From NCBI GenBank assembly GCA_035455205.1, contig DATIFM010000008.1, forward strand, positions 13,146-77,145: DNA of 64,000 nucleotides, written 5' to 3'. The notes below the pieces were generated by a model, which made no database searches, had not been told where the DNA came from, and saw only the letters and a program-made list of their open reading frames with translations. This document shows positions 38,933-46,753 of this stretch, one piece after another (the first letter of the stretch is position 1; every line of letters begins with the position of its first letter). The translations under genes were made by a program, and so were the position numbers. This stretch comes from Candidatus Bilamarchaeum sp. (lineage in GTDB: Archaea > Micrarchaeota > Micrarchaeia > Anstonellales > Bilamarchaeaceae).

Positions 38933-39388
38933 TCAGATACCAGACTCCAGGCTCTTAATGAGAATCTGCTCGCGGGGCGTTCCCTGCGACGTGCGCGCTT
39001 CCTCGAAAAGCTGGAACGAGCGCATGGAGCGCTGGGAATGCGTGGTCTCCATTGCGGTGCGCGATGAAATCAGCTCTATCCACTGGACGGGCTTATCCAG
39101 CCGGTCCGCGAACATCAGAGCGGTGTCGAGAAAGTCGCATATAGAGGAGAGGTCTAGCCGGTCGCTCGAAACGAGCTTCCTGATGACCCGCTCGATTTCG
39201 CGGCTGTCCTCGCCCTTGCGCTGGAGCGCGTGCGTAAGCGACCGGATGCACCGCTCGGTCTCGATTTTCGCGACTATCCCGTGCGCGAAGTCGAAAGATT
39301 CGATACGGTCCACGAGGACGGTCTGTCCGTTCAGGCTGAAAGAAAGTGTCATGCTGGGCGGCTGCGCCCGGGCCTTGCTTGCCCTCAT
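38933..39388 (-). CDS. Hypothetical protein (paralog of 38480-38932)
   Basis: Abuts its neighbour with no gap and is alignable over ~100 aa. Confidence 0.7.
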   Translation of the reverse strand: MRASKARAQPPSMTLSFSLNGQTVLVDRIESFDFAHGIVAKIETERCIRSLTHALQRKGEDSREIERVIRKLVSSDRLDLSSICDFLDTALMFADRLDKPVQWIELISSRTAMETTHSQRSMRSFQLFEEARTSQGTPREQILIKSLESGI

Positions 39389-39450
39389 ACTCCCACCAGG
39401 GAGGAGTTTGCCTCTATGCGCTTTTAAACCATAGCATTTCCATTAGCACC

Positions 39451-40326
39451 ATGAAGGTCCCGCTAACGATAATCACTGGCTACCTCGGAGCAGGGAAGAC
39501 CACACTGCTCAGGAGGATAGTCGAGGAGAGCGGGAGGAAAATCGCCATCCTGATGAACGAGTTCGGCGACATCGCCATAGACAGCAGGGTCGTCCAAGGG
39601 AGGAACATCATGATGGCCGAGCTCGCCGGCGGGTGCGTCTGCTGCTCGCTCTCGGGCGAGTTCGAGCATGCGATAAAGGAGATTCTTGAAACCGTGAAGC
39701 CGGAGTGGATAATAGTCGAGACCACCGGGGTAGCCGAGCCTGCGGCCCTGGCCGAGGACGTCGTGGAGAACATTGCCGGAGTCAGGCTGGATGCCATCGT
39801 CACGATTGCCGACTGCGACTCCCTTACGAGGTTCCCGAGCCTCGGGCACACCGGGCGCGAGCAGATTGAACTGGCCGACACGATAATACTGAACAAGATA
39901 GACCTCGTCGATGACATGGGCCTCGGCAAGTGCAGGGAGAAAGTCATCGGCATAAACAACAGGGCGCTCATCATCGAGGCGGTCATGTGCGAGTTCGACA
40001 CGGAAATCCTTTTCGGGGTGGGGCGGACCGCGCCCGTGAAGGGGCACAGGACGCACAAAATCGAGTTCGAGTACTTCGAGTTCGTCTCGCCAGCGAGGCT
40101 GGACAGGGAGAAAGTTATCGCCGTCATCGAATCGCTCCCCCCGGAGATATACAGGTGCAAGGGGTTCTTCGCGACGAGCGAGCGGGGGTATTTCGTCAAT
40201 TATGTGGCGGGCCGGCATTCGATAGAGGAATACGACTGCTACAGGACGGAGCTTGTTTTCATAGGAAAGGGCATCGCGAAGCTGAGGGAGCAGGTCTGGA
40301 AGTCGCTCTGGCAGTGCATTATATAG
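39451..40326 (+). CDS. CobW/COG0523 metallochaperone GTPase
   Basis: GYLGAGKTT, NEFG, GCVCC, ETTGVA.P, NKID, RCKG, LVFIG; TTTTAAA about 22 nt upstream. Confidence 0.92.
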   Translation: MKVPLTIITGYLGAGKTTLLRRIVEESGRKIAILMNEFGDIAIDSRVVQGRNIMMAELAGGCVCCSLSGEFEHAIKEILETVKPEWIIVETTGVAEPAALAEDVVENIAGVRLDAIVTIADCDSLTRFPSLGHTGREQIELADTIILNKIDLVDDMGLGKCREKVIGINNRALIIEAVMCEFDTEILFGVGRTAPVKGHRTHKIEFEYFEFVSPARLDREKVIAVIESLPPEIYRCKGFFATSERGYFVNYVAGRHSIEEYDCYRTELVFIGKGIAKLREQVWKSLWQCII

Positions 40327-40464
40327 TTTCGCGCGAAAGAAAATGCGGATGAACCGGAGCCCCGATGATTTGGATAATACCCAAGCTTATGAGGGGCCGA
40401 GGGGACTGGTTTTTGTCCACTGAAAAACCCATTCCGGGTTTTTGTGGACATCAGGGAGATACTG

Positions 40465-40896
40465 ATGCCTTTCAAATTCATAGACGGGGTTGCCATCGCG
40501 GACGTCGCCTTCGAAGCGAGGGGAAAGACCATCGAGGCGATGTTCATAAGCGCGGGGGAAGCCCTCATGAACACGCAGGTGAAGGACCTCAGGTCCATCG
40601 GGGCGAAAGTGGAGAAAAGGTTCTCGCTCGAGAACAAGGACGAGGAGAGGCTCCTTCACGACTTTCTTCAGGAGCTGATTTTCCTCAAGGATGCGGAACT
40701 GCTACTTTTCAGGGAATACGAGGTTGAGATAGCAAAAAAAGAGGGCGGCTTCAGGCTCAGTGCGAGCCTCAGGGGCGAGCAAATCGACCAGAAAAAGCAC
40801 GAGCTCCTCGTGGACGTGAAAGCGGTCAGCTGGCACATGTTCAAGATTGAAAAGACGAAAACAGGCTGGAAGTGCTTCGTCATCCTCGACGTATAA
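40465..40896 (+). CDS. Archease
   Basis: ADVAFEARG, LLHDFLQELIF, GE.ID, DVKAVSWH, ILDV. Confidence 0.93.
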   Translation: MPFKFIDGVAIADVAFEARGKTIEAMFISAGEALMNTQVKDLRSIGAKVEKRFSLENKDEERLLHDFLQELIFLKDAELLLFREYEVEIAKKEGGFRLSASLRGEQIDQKKHELLVDVKAVSWHMFKIEKTKTGWKCFVILDV

Positions 40897-41215
40897 GAAT
40901 CTCACCGGCGAGCCCCTTTACGATTGGAGAGGACGGATCTGCCGAAAGCTGCCTCAGGATGGGCGCGGAAAACGACGAGAGCCTGAATTCGAGCGCCCTG
41001 AGCGCCTCTTCCTTCGTCTCCGGATAAGGCGTATTTCCGGCCACGAAAGAGAGCGAGTCGATGTCATGCAGGCCGCAAAGGGCAAGGTGGCGCTCGTCCT
41101 TTCCGGCCGAGAAAGCCGCGCTCTCCCGCGCCTGTGAGAACCGCTCGGCCGAAGGGGACTTCGAGCGGAACCCGTCAGCAGCCTCATGAACCGGGATCCT
41201 CATCGCTAGTGCCAT
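40880..41215 (-). CDS. Hypothetical protein
   Basis: 111 aa; GGTGA 4 nt before the ATG, directly after carbamate kinase. Confidence 0.6.
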   Translation of the reverse strand: MALAMRIPVHEAADGFRSKSPSAERFSQARESAAFSAGKDERHLALCGLHDIDSLSFVAGNTPYPETKEEALRALEFRLSSFSAPILRQLSADPSSPIVKGLAGEILIRRG

Positions 41216-41219
41216 GATT

Positions 41220-42080
41220 TCACCTGCTTATCGCCGTGCCGGCTTTTCCGGCAAGGGCTTCGCGAATATTGCCTATCGAGCAGATTACGGCTTTTCCGCC
41301 ATGCCTGGCGAACCGGACTGCTGCCTCAACTTTCGGCTTCATGCTCCCCTCGGCGAATTCGCCGGAGCGCAGAAGCCTTTCCATCTCAGCGGCCCGCGCC
41401 CTGCGTATGGGGATTTTCGCGCCTGAAAAGTCGCGGTATGCGCAGTCGACGGAAGTGATGAAGACCAGGAGGTCTGCTTTCACCGTCGATGCAAGGAGCG
41501 ACGAGAAATCGTCCTTGTCAATGACCGCCTCGAGCCCCCGGCCGCCTTTTGCGACGGGTATACCCCCGCCTCCCCCGCAAACCACTGCAAAGCCCGCGCG
41601 CATGAGCGTGATTATCGCGTCCTTTTCAAGTATCCCGAGCGCCTTGGGCGAGGGGACGACGAGCCGGTAGCCCCGGCCGGAGTCCATGACATACTTTCCT
41701 TTGGGCTTCTTCGCGTAGAACGGCCCGACGGGCTTCGTGGGGTGCCTGAAGGCGGGGTCTTTCTCGCTGACGACTACGCGCGTGAGGACGGCTGCCGATT
41801 TGCGCGGAAGAGCGCCCTGCATGAAATAGCCTATCTCGCCCTGCGTCATGGCATCGAGGACATCAAGCGGCATCTCGGGGACTTTCCGCGTCGCGTGCTG
41901 CTGGAGGAGGAGCGAGCCGACCTGCGGCCCGTTCCCGTGCGTGAGGGCGACCTCGTGGGAGCGGAGCAGCCCGGAAAGCCTGCGCAGCGCGCTTTTCGCG
42001 GCTTTCCTCTGCTCCGCCGCGGTCCCGGCGGCACCTTTTGGGAGTAGGGCATTCCCGCCAAGTGCGATGACGACGCGCAT
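41220..42080 (-). CDS. arcC: Carbamate kinase
   Basis: MRVVIALGGNAL, THGNGPQVG, TQGEIGY, DPAF.HPTKPVGPFY, VVPSP, GGGGIPV, AVIDKD, GSMKPKVEAA. Confidence 0.95.
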   Translation of the reverse strand: MRVVIALGGNALLPKGAAGTAAEQRKAAKSALRRLSGLLRSHEVALTHGNGPQVGSLLLQQHATRKVPEMPLDVLDAMTQGEIGYFMQGALPRKSAAVLTRVVVSEKDPAFRHPTKPVGPFYAKKPKGKYVMDSGRGYRLVVPSPKALGILEKDAIITLMRAGFAVVCGGGGGIPVAKGGRGLEAVIDKDDFSSLLASTVKADLLVFITSVDCAYRDFSGAKIPIRRARAAEMERLLRSGEFAEGSMKPKVEAAVRFARHGGKAVICSIGNIREALAGKAGTAISR

Positions 42081-42131
42081 GGACTTGAATTCCAGGGATA
42101 GAATAAAAAACGGGTAGGGCGATATTGCTCC

Positions 42132-43436
42132 ATGAGAAGAAAAGTGCTCATTCTCGGCGCTGCCGGACGGGATTTCCATAATTTCAACATGTTCTTCAGG
42201 GACAACGAGAACTACGAAGTGGTGGGCTTCACCGCGACTCAGATACCGAACATCTCCAACCGGAGGTATCCGCCTGAGCTTGCCGGGAAGCTTTACCCGA
42301 AGGGAATACCGATTTACGAGGAGAAGGAAATGGAGTCGCTCCTCGAGAAGCACTCGATAGACTGGGTATATTTCTCGTACTCGGACGTCTCGCACGAGTA
42401 CGTTATGCACCTTGCATCGCGGGCGCAGGCCAAGGGCGCGAGCTTCGTCCTTTTGGGGCCCCACCTGACTCAGCTGAAAAGCACGAAGAAGGTCATTTCG
42501 GTGACCGCGGTCAGGACGGGGGCGGGAAAGAGCACGCTCAGCAGGGCGATATCGGACATTCTCACAAGGAAGAAGGTGCGCTTCGCGATTGTCAGGCACC
42601 CGATGCCCTACGGGGACCTCGTGAGGCAGAGGTGCCAGAGGTTCGCGAGCTTCAAGGACCTCGACGATGCCAAGTGCACGATCGAGGAGAGGGAGGAATA
42701 CGAGCCTCACATCAAGAACGGCCATGTCGTTTTCGCGGGCGTGGACTATGCCGAGATACTGAAGGCGGCTGAGAAGGAGGCGGACGTCATACTCTGGGAC
42801 GGCGGGAACAACGACCTGCCGTTCATCGCGCCAGACCTCAACATAGTCATCGCGGACGCCCTGAGGCCCGGCCACGAGACCCTTTATTACCCGGGCGAAT
42901 CCAACTTCCGCTCGGCCCAGATCATCGTGATAAACAAGACGAGCGAGAATCCGATGGACGTAAAGCGCATAATGAAGAACGTCGAGAAATTGAACCCTAA
43001 GGCGCGGGTCATCGAGGCGGACATGGATCTGATTCCGGACAAGGAAGTCAATGTCTGGGGCAAGAAGGCGATAGTCATCGAGGACGGCCCCACCGTGACC
43101 CATGGGGGGATGAAGTTCGGTGCGGGCTTCGAGTACGCCGCAAGGAGCGGCGCCGTCGTGATTGACCCGCACGAGTTCGCGGTCGGCAGCATAAAGAAAC
43201 TGTATTCCGATTTCGACCACCTGCGGGAGGTCCTCCCGGCGATGGGCTATTACGACGAGCAGCTTAAGGAGCTCGCTGAAACGATCGAGAGGAGCGGGGC
43301 CGAGGTCGTGATTTCCGGCACCCCCGTCGACCTGGGCAACCTGCTGAAAGTGAAGATACCGATAATCCACGTGAACTACTCGCTCGTGGAGAGGTCGGGA
43401 AGCCTCGAGAAGGAGATTGCGGCGTTCCTGAAATAG
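42132..43436 (+). CDS. COG2403 P-loop NTPase (cyclic 2,3-diphosphoglycerate synthetase-like), probable arginine synthetase ArcE
   Basis: LGAAGRDFHNFN, FTATQIP, YPPELAG.LYP.GIPI, AVRTGAGKS, RHPMPYG, EEREEYE, WDGGNND, EDGPTVTHG; adjacent to carbamate kinase. Confidence 0.82.
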   Translation: MRRKVLILGAAGRDFHNFNMFFRDNENYEVVGFTATQIPNISNRRYPPELAGKLYPKGIPIYEEKEMESLLEKHSIDWVYFSYSDVSHEYVMHLASRAQAKGASFVLLGPHLTQLKSTKKVISVTAVRTGAGKSTLSRAISDILTRKKVRFAIVRHPMPYGDLVRQRCQRFASFKDLDDAKCTIEEREEYEPHIKNGHVVFAGVDYAEILKAAEKEADVILWDGGNNDLPFIAPDLNIVIADALRPGHETLYYPGESNFRSAQIIVINKTSENPMDVKRIMKNVEKLNPKARVIEADMDLIPDKEVNVWGKKAIVIEDGPTVTHGGMKFGAGFEYAARSGAVVIDPHEFAVGSIKKLYSDFDHLREVLPAMGYYDEQLKELAETIERSGAEVVISGTPVDLGNLLKVKIPIIHVNYSLVERSGSLEKEIAAFLK

Positions 43437-43437
43437 G

Positions 43438-43944
43438 CTACTTGTTCTCGCCCTTGTATTTTCCCTCGTAGAGCGAGCTTGCGCCCTCGGCAAGGCGCAT
43501 GAAGACCATCTGCCCGATTTTCGCGTTCCGCTTGAAAGTGACTCCGTGCTCGTTCCTGACGACGAGGAGCGCCTCGCTCCTCCCTTCATATCCCGGGTCC
43601 CAGACCGCGCATTCTAGGGTGACGCCGCAGCGCAGGAGCGAAGAGCGGGGGAGGCAGAGCCCCGCGACGTCCTTCGGAATCCGGACGTACTCGTTGAATA
43701 CGACCTTGTATGCCCCGGGCTTCAGGGTCACGCGGTCGCCGCCTGCGGCCCCCGCCCCGCCATCGAACGGTATCGGGTCGACGTCGCTTATCTTCCGCTC
43801 CTTGTTGTCGAAGTCTATGACGCCTGCGTTCCTGAACAGGTAAACTTCCTTCAGCGTGATGTCGATTCCGCAGGGCTGGTACTGGCTGCTGTGCAGGTTC
43901 TCGAAAATCTTCGCCTCCTCAAGGTGCTGTTTGGGCAGAATCAT
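43438..43944 (-). CDS. Archaeal dUTPase / dCTP deaminase family
   Basis: QPCGIDITL, PRSSLLRCG, VWDPGYEG, IGQMVF, YEGKY. Confidence 0.88.
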   Translation of the reverse strand: MILPKQHLEEAKIFENLHSSQYQPCGIDITLKEVYLFRNAGVIDFDNKERKISDVDPIPFDGGAGAAGGDRVTLKPGAYKVVFNEYVRIPKDVAGLCLPRSSLLRCGVTLECAVWDPGYEGRSEALLVVRNEHGVTFKRNAKIGQMVFMRLAEGASSLYEGKYKGENK

Positions 43945-43991
43945 GATGTGGATTCCTCGGCAACGTTTTTATTAGTTAGACAAGTTTCCCA

Positions 43992-45467
43992 ATGGTGAGG
44001 GAAATGGCAAGGAAGTACAGGATGCTTATAGGCGGCGAGTGGGTAACCGGGGAAAGCTGGTTCGACAGCATAAACCCGGCAAGCGAGGAGCACCTCGCGA
44101 GCTTCCCGAGCGCGACGAAGGATGACCTGAACAGGGCGGTCGACGCGGCGGAGGATGCCTTCCCGAAGTGGGCCATGACGCCCCCTCCGGCCCGGGGAAG
44201 GATTCTTTTGAAGGCGGCCACGCTCCTGCGGGAAAGGAAGGAGAAGCTGGGGCGGCTCGTCGCGACCGAAATGGGGAAGGTGATGAGCGAGGCGCTCGGG
44301 GACGTCCAGGAGGCGATAGACTGCTTCGAGTATTTCGCCGGGGAGGGAAGAAGGCTTTTCGGGAACACGACTACGAGCGAGCTCAGGAGAAAATTCTGCA
44401 TGACGGTACGGAGGCCGGTCGGGGTCGTCGGCCTCATCACCCCGTGGAACTTCCCGACGGCAATACCGGCATGGAAGCTCGGACCCGCCCTCGTGTGCGG
44501 GAACACGGTCGTATTCAAGCCCAGCTCGGACACCCCGCTTTGCGCGTATGAGATTGTCAGGATACTCGGGGAGGCAGGAGTCCCGCCGGGGGTCGTGAAT
44601 TTCGTCACCGGGAGCGCAAGCACCGTGGGCGAGGGGATGGTGAAGCACCACAAGATACAGGGAATCTCGTTCACGGGCTCGAGGGCAACGGGGGAGTGGA
44701 TAACCAAAAACGCCGGCCTCAAGAAGGTCGGGCTCGAACTCGGCGGCAAGAACCCGATAATAGTGATGGACGATGCGGACCTCGCGCTCGCCGTCGACGG
44801 AATCATCTGGGGCGCGTTCGGCACCACGGGGCAGAGGTGCACTGCGGCAAGCCGCGTCATAGCAGAGGAGAGCATCAAGGACAGGCTCCTCGAGATGCTC
44901 GTCGCGAGGGCGCAAAAGCTCAGGCTCGGCCCGGGAACCGAGAAGACTACGGACGTCGGCCCGCTGATAAACGCCGCGGCGCTCGAGAAGACCGCGAGAT
45001 ATGTCGAGATAGGGCAGGACGAAGGCGCGAAGCTCGCCTGCGGCGGGAAGAAAAGGGGCGGCAAGGGGTTCTTCTACGTGCCGACGATATTCGACGAAGC
45101 CGAGAAGGACATGAGGATTGCCAAGGAGGAGATTTTCGGTCCGGTCCTTTCCGTCCTGGAGGCGGACGGCCTCGAAGAGGCGGTGGAGATCGCGAACTCG
45201 GTCGAGTACGGCCTCAGCTCGGCGATATACACGAGGGACATCTCGAACGCGTTCCGGGCAATCGAGGGGATAGAGGCCGGGATTACATACGTGAATGCGA
45301 GCACTATCGGCGCGGAGGTCCATCTTCCGTTCGGGGGGGTTAAGGGGACCGGCCACACGAGGGAAGCCGGCATAATGGGCATAGACGAGTTCTCGAACGT
45401 GAAGAGCGTGTATGTCGACTATTCCGGCAGGCTGCAGAAGGCGCAGATTGACGTTAAGGAGGATTAG
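43992..45467 (+). CDS. NAD(P)-dependent aldehyde dehydrogenase
   Basis: TPWNFP, KPS, FTGS, LELGGKNP, GQRCTA, EEIFGP, PFGG.K. Confidence 0.95.
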   Translation: MVREMARKYRMLIGGEWVTGESWFDSINPASEEHLASFPSATKDDLNRAVDAAEDAFPKWAMTPPPARGRILLKAATLLRERKEKLGRLVATEMGKVMSEALGDVQEAIDCFEYFAGEGRRLFGNTTTSELRRKFCMTVRRPVGVVGLITPWNFPTAIPAWKLGPALVCGNTVVFKPSSDTPLCAYEIVRILGEAGVPPGVVNFVTGSASTVGEGMVKHHKIQGISFTGSRATGEWITKNAGLKKVGLELGGKNPIIVMDDADLALAVDGIIWGAFGTTGQRCTAASRVIAEESIKDRLLEMLVARAQKLRLGPGTEKTTDVGPLINAAALEKTARYVEIGQDEGAKLACGGKKRGGKGFFYVPTIFDEAEKDMRIAKEEIFGPVLSVLEADGLEEAVEIANSVEYGLSSAIYTRDISNAFRAIEGIEAGITYVNASTIGAEVHLPFGGVKGTGHTREAGIMGIDEFSNVKSVYVDYSGRLQKAQIDVKED

Positions 45468-45468
45468 C

Positions 45469-45996
45469 ATGGTTGCAAAAAAGCTCTACCTGCTCCAGAT
45501 CGAGCAGGACGGGATTCCGGACGACGTTTACCATTTCCTGCCCGAAGGCGAGCAGAAGATGCTCGTCGAGAAAGGCGGCAGGTTCTATTTGAGGGATGAG
45601 CACCGCAAAAAGCTCAAGGTCGTGCTGACCGGAGGGGCCTTCGACGTCCTGCACATCGGGCACCTCTTCACGCTCAGCGAAGCGAAGAAGTACGGGGACG
45701 TGCTCGTCGTCGCCGTAGCCAAGGACGAGCACATAAAGAAGAAGGGCAGGGAGCCCATACACAGCCTTGAATACAGGAAGATGATGGTCGGGGCGATGAA
45801 GATGGTCGACATGGCCATCGGCGGCTTCGAGGACCCGAAAAAGATGCTGAAGCTCGTCCAGCCGCAGGTAATTGTCTATGGCTACGACCAGAAGGAGTTC
45901 CTGAAGCCCGAAGGCGTGCAGGTCGTGAAGCTCGAGCGCAAGATAGACGACTCGAAGTTCAAGAGCGGGAAGATACTGGAAAGCCTCGGCCTCTAG
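45469..45996 (+). CDS. Cytidylyltransferase-like protein (RibL FAD synthetase-like)
   Basis: TGGAFDVLHIGH, GDVLVVAVA, GYDQ. Confidence 0.8.
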   Translation: MVAKKLYLLQIEQDGIPDDVYHFLPEGEQKMLVEKGGRFYLRDEHRKKLKVVLTGGAFDVLHIGHLFTLSEAKKYGDVLVVAVAKDEHIKKKGREPIHSLEYRKMMVGAMKMVDMAIGGFEDPKKMLKLVQPQVIVYGYDQKEFLKPEGVQVVKLERKIDDSKFKSGKILESLGL

Positions 45997-46030
45997 GCAA
46001 ATTTATAAAGATTGTTTGAGGGGGTATTCC

Positions 46031-46417
46031 ATGTTCATAGGTCAGTTCAAGCCGATGCAGATGAAAGAGCCCGGCGAGGGGGAGAAGGAGCCGGAAACGA
46101 AGCAGGAGAAGGCTCCGGAGGCTGCGAGGTCGAATTCTTCGGAGGAATTCCTCAAGACGCCCGAGGCCAAGGAGTTCGTGAATAAATGGTCCGGAAAGAT
46201 GAAGGACGGCAAGCCGGTAGTGACCAAGCGGGGCGTCACCGAGATGCTCGGCACGCTCCACAGGAATTCGGCGCTCTCGGACAAGGACGTCATGAAGGAG
46301 ACCGACAGGGTCCTCATGAGGCTCACGGGGCTAGACGGGTTCAGCAGCACCATTAACAGCCTGAAGGCGAAAGCCGAGGGCATATTCAAGGGCCTTAAGC
46401 AGGCATTGGGTGGCTAA
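46031..46417 (+). CDS. Hypothetical protein
   Basis: 128-aa ORF with upstream TTTATAAA and GAGGGG. Confidence 0.65.
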   Translation: MFIGQFKPMQMKEPGEGEKEPETKQEKAPEAARSNSSEEFLKTPEAKEFVNKWSGKMKDGKPVVTKRGVTEMLGTLHRNSALSDKDVMKETDRVLMRLTGLDGFSSTINSLKAKAEGIFKGLKQALGG

Positions 46418-46542
46418 TGGCAGAGAACTATGCGCACTATGTGAAACAGGGCATATGCCCCAGCTGCAAAAACAAGCTCGCGCACAAGGAAGGGTGCGTC
46501 GAGTGCGAGTTCTGCGGGTGGAGCATATGCGAAGAATCATAG
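46417..46542 (+). CDS. 41-aa Zn-ribbon protein (missed by the ORF track)
   Basis: MAENYAHYVKQGICPSCKNKLAHKEGCVECEFCGWSICEES*; TAATG overlap with the upstream gene. Confidence 0.78.
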   Translation: MAENYAHYVKQGICPSCKNKLAHKEGCVECEFCGWSICEES

Positions 46543-46579
46543 TTTTTAAATGATTGTCAATGAATAAGCTCTACTATTT

Positions 46580-46704
46580 GCCTCGGTAGCTCAGTCGGTA
46601 GAGCGGCTGACTGTTATCTTTTGGGAATGAACAGCCCGTTTTGGGGCGCCTTTTCCCAAAAGGCGCACATCAGCAGGCCGGAAGTTCAAATCTTCCCCGG
46701 GGCG
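46580..46704 (+). tRNA. tRNA-Asn(GTT) with a 52-nt intron at 37/38 (intron 46617-46668)
   Basis: Acceptor GCCTCGG/CCGGGGC, D-arm GCTC/GAGC, anticodon stem GCTGA/TCAGC, loop CT-GTT-A|A, T-arm GGAAG-TTCAAAT-CTTCC. Confidence 0.93.
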
Positions 46705-46753
46705 TTTTGGTTTACTGGCCAACCCCGCAGGTTGGCAGAATTTGATTACTGGG

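Noticed and set aside
42081..43589. Apparent 789-aa fusion ORF ending in carbamate kinase
   Set aside because: The N-terminal ~500 aa is the antisense shadow of the ArcE-like gene. The true start is ATG 42080.
37134..45470. Long antisense ORFs (e.g. 37134-38423, 43941-45470, 43976-45064)
   Set aside because: These are stop-poor shadow frames of high-GC genes and carry no motifs.
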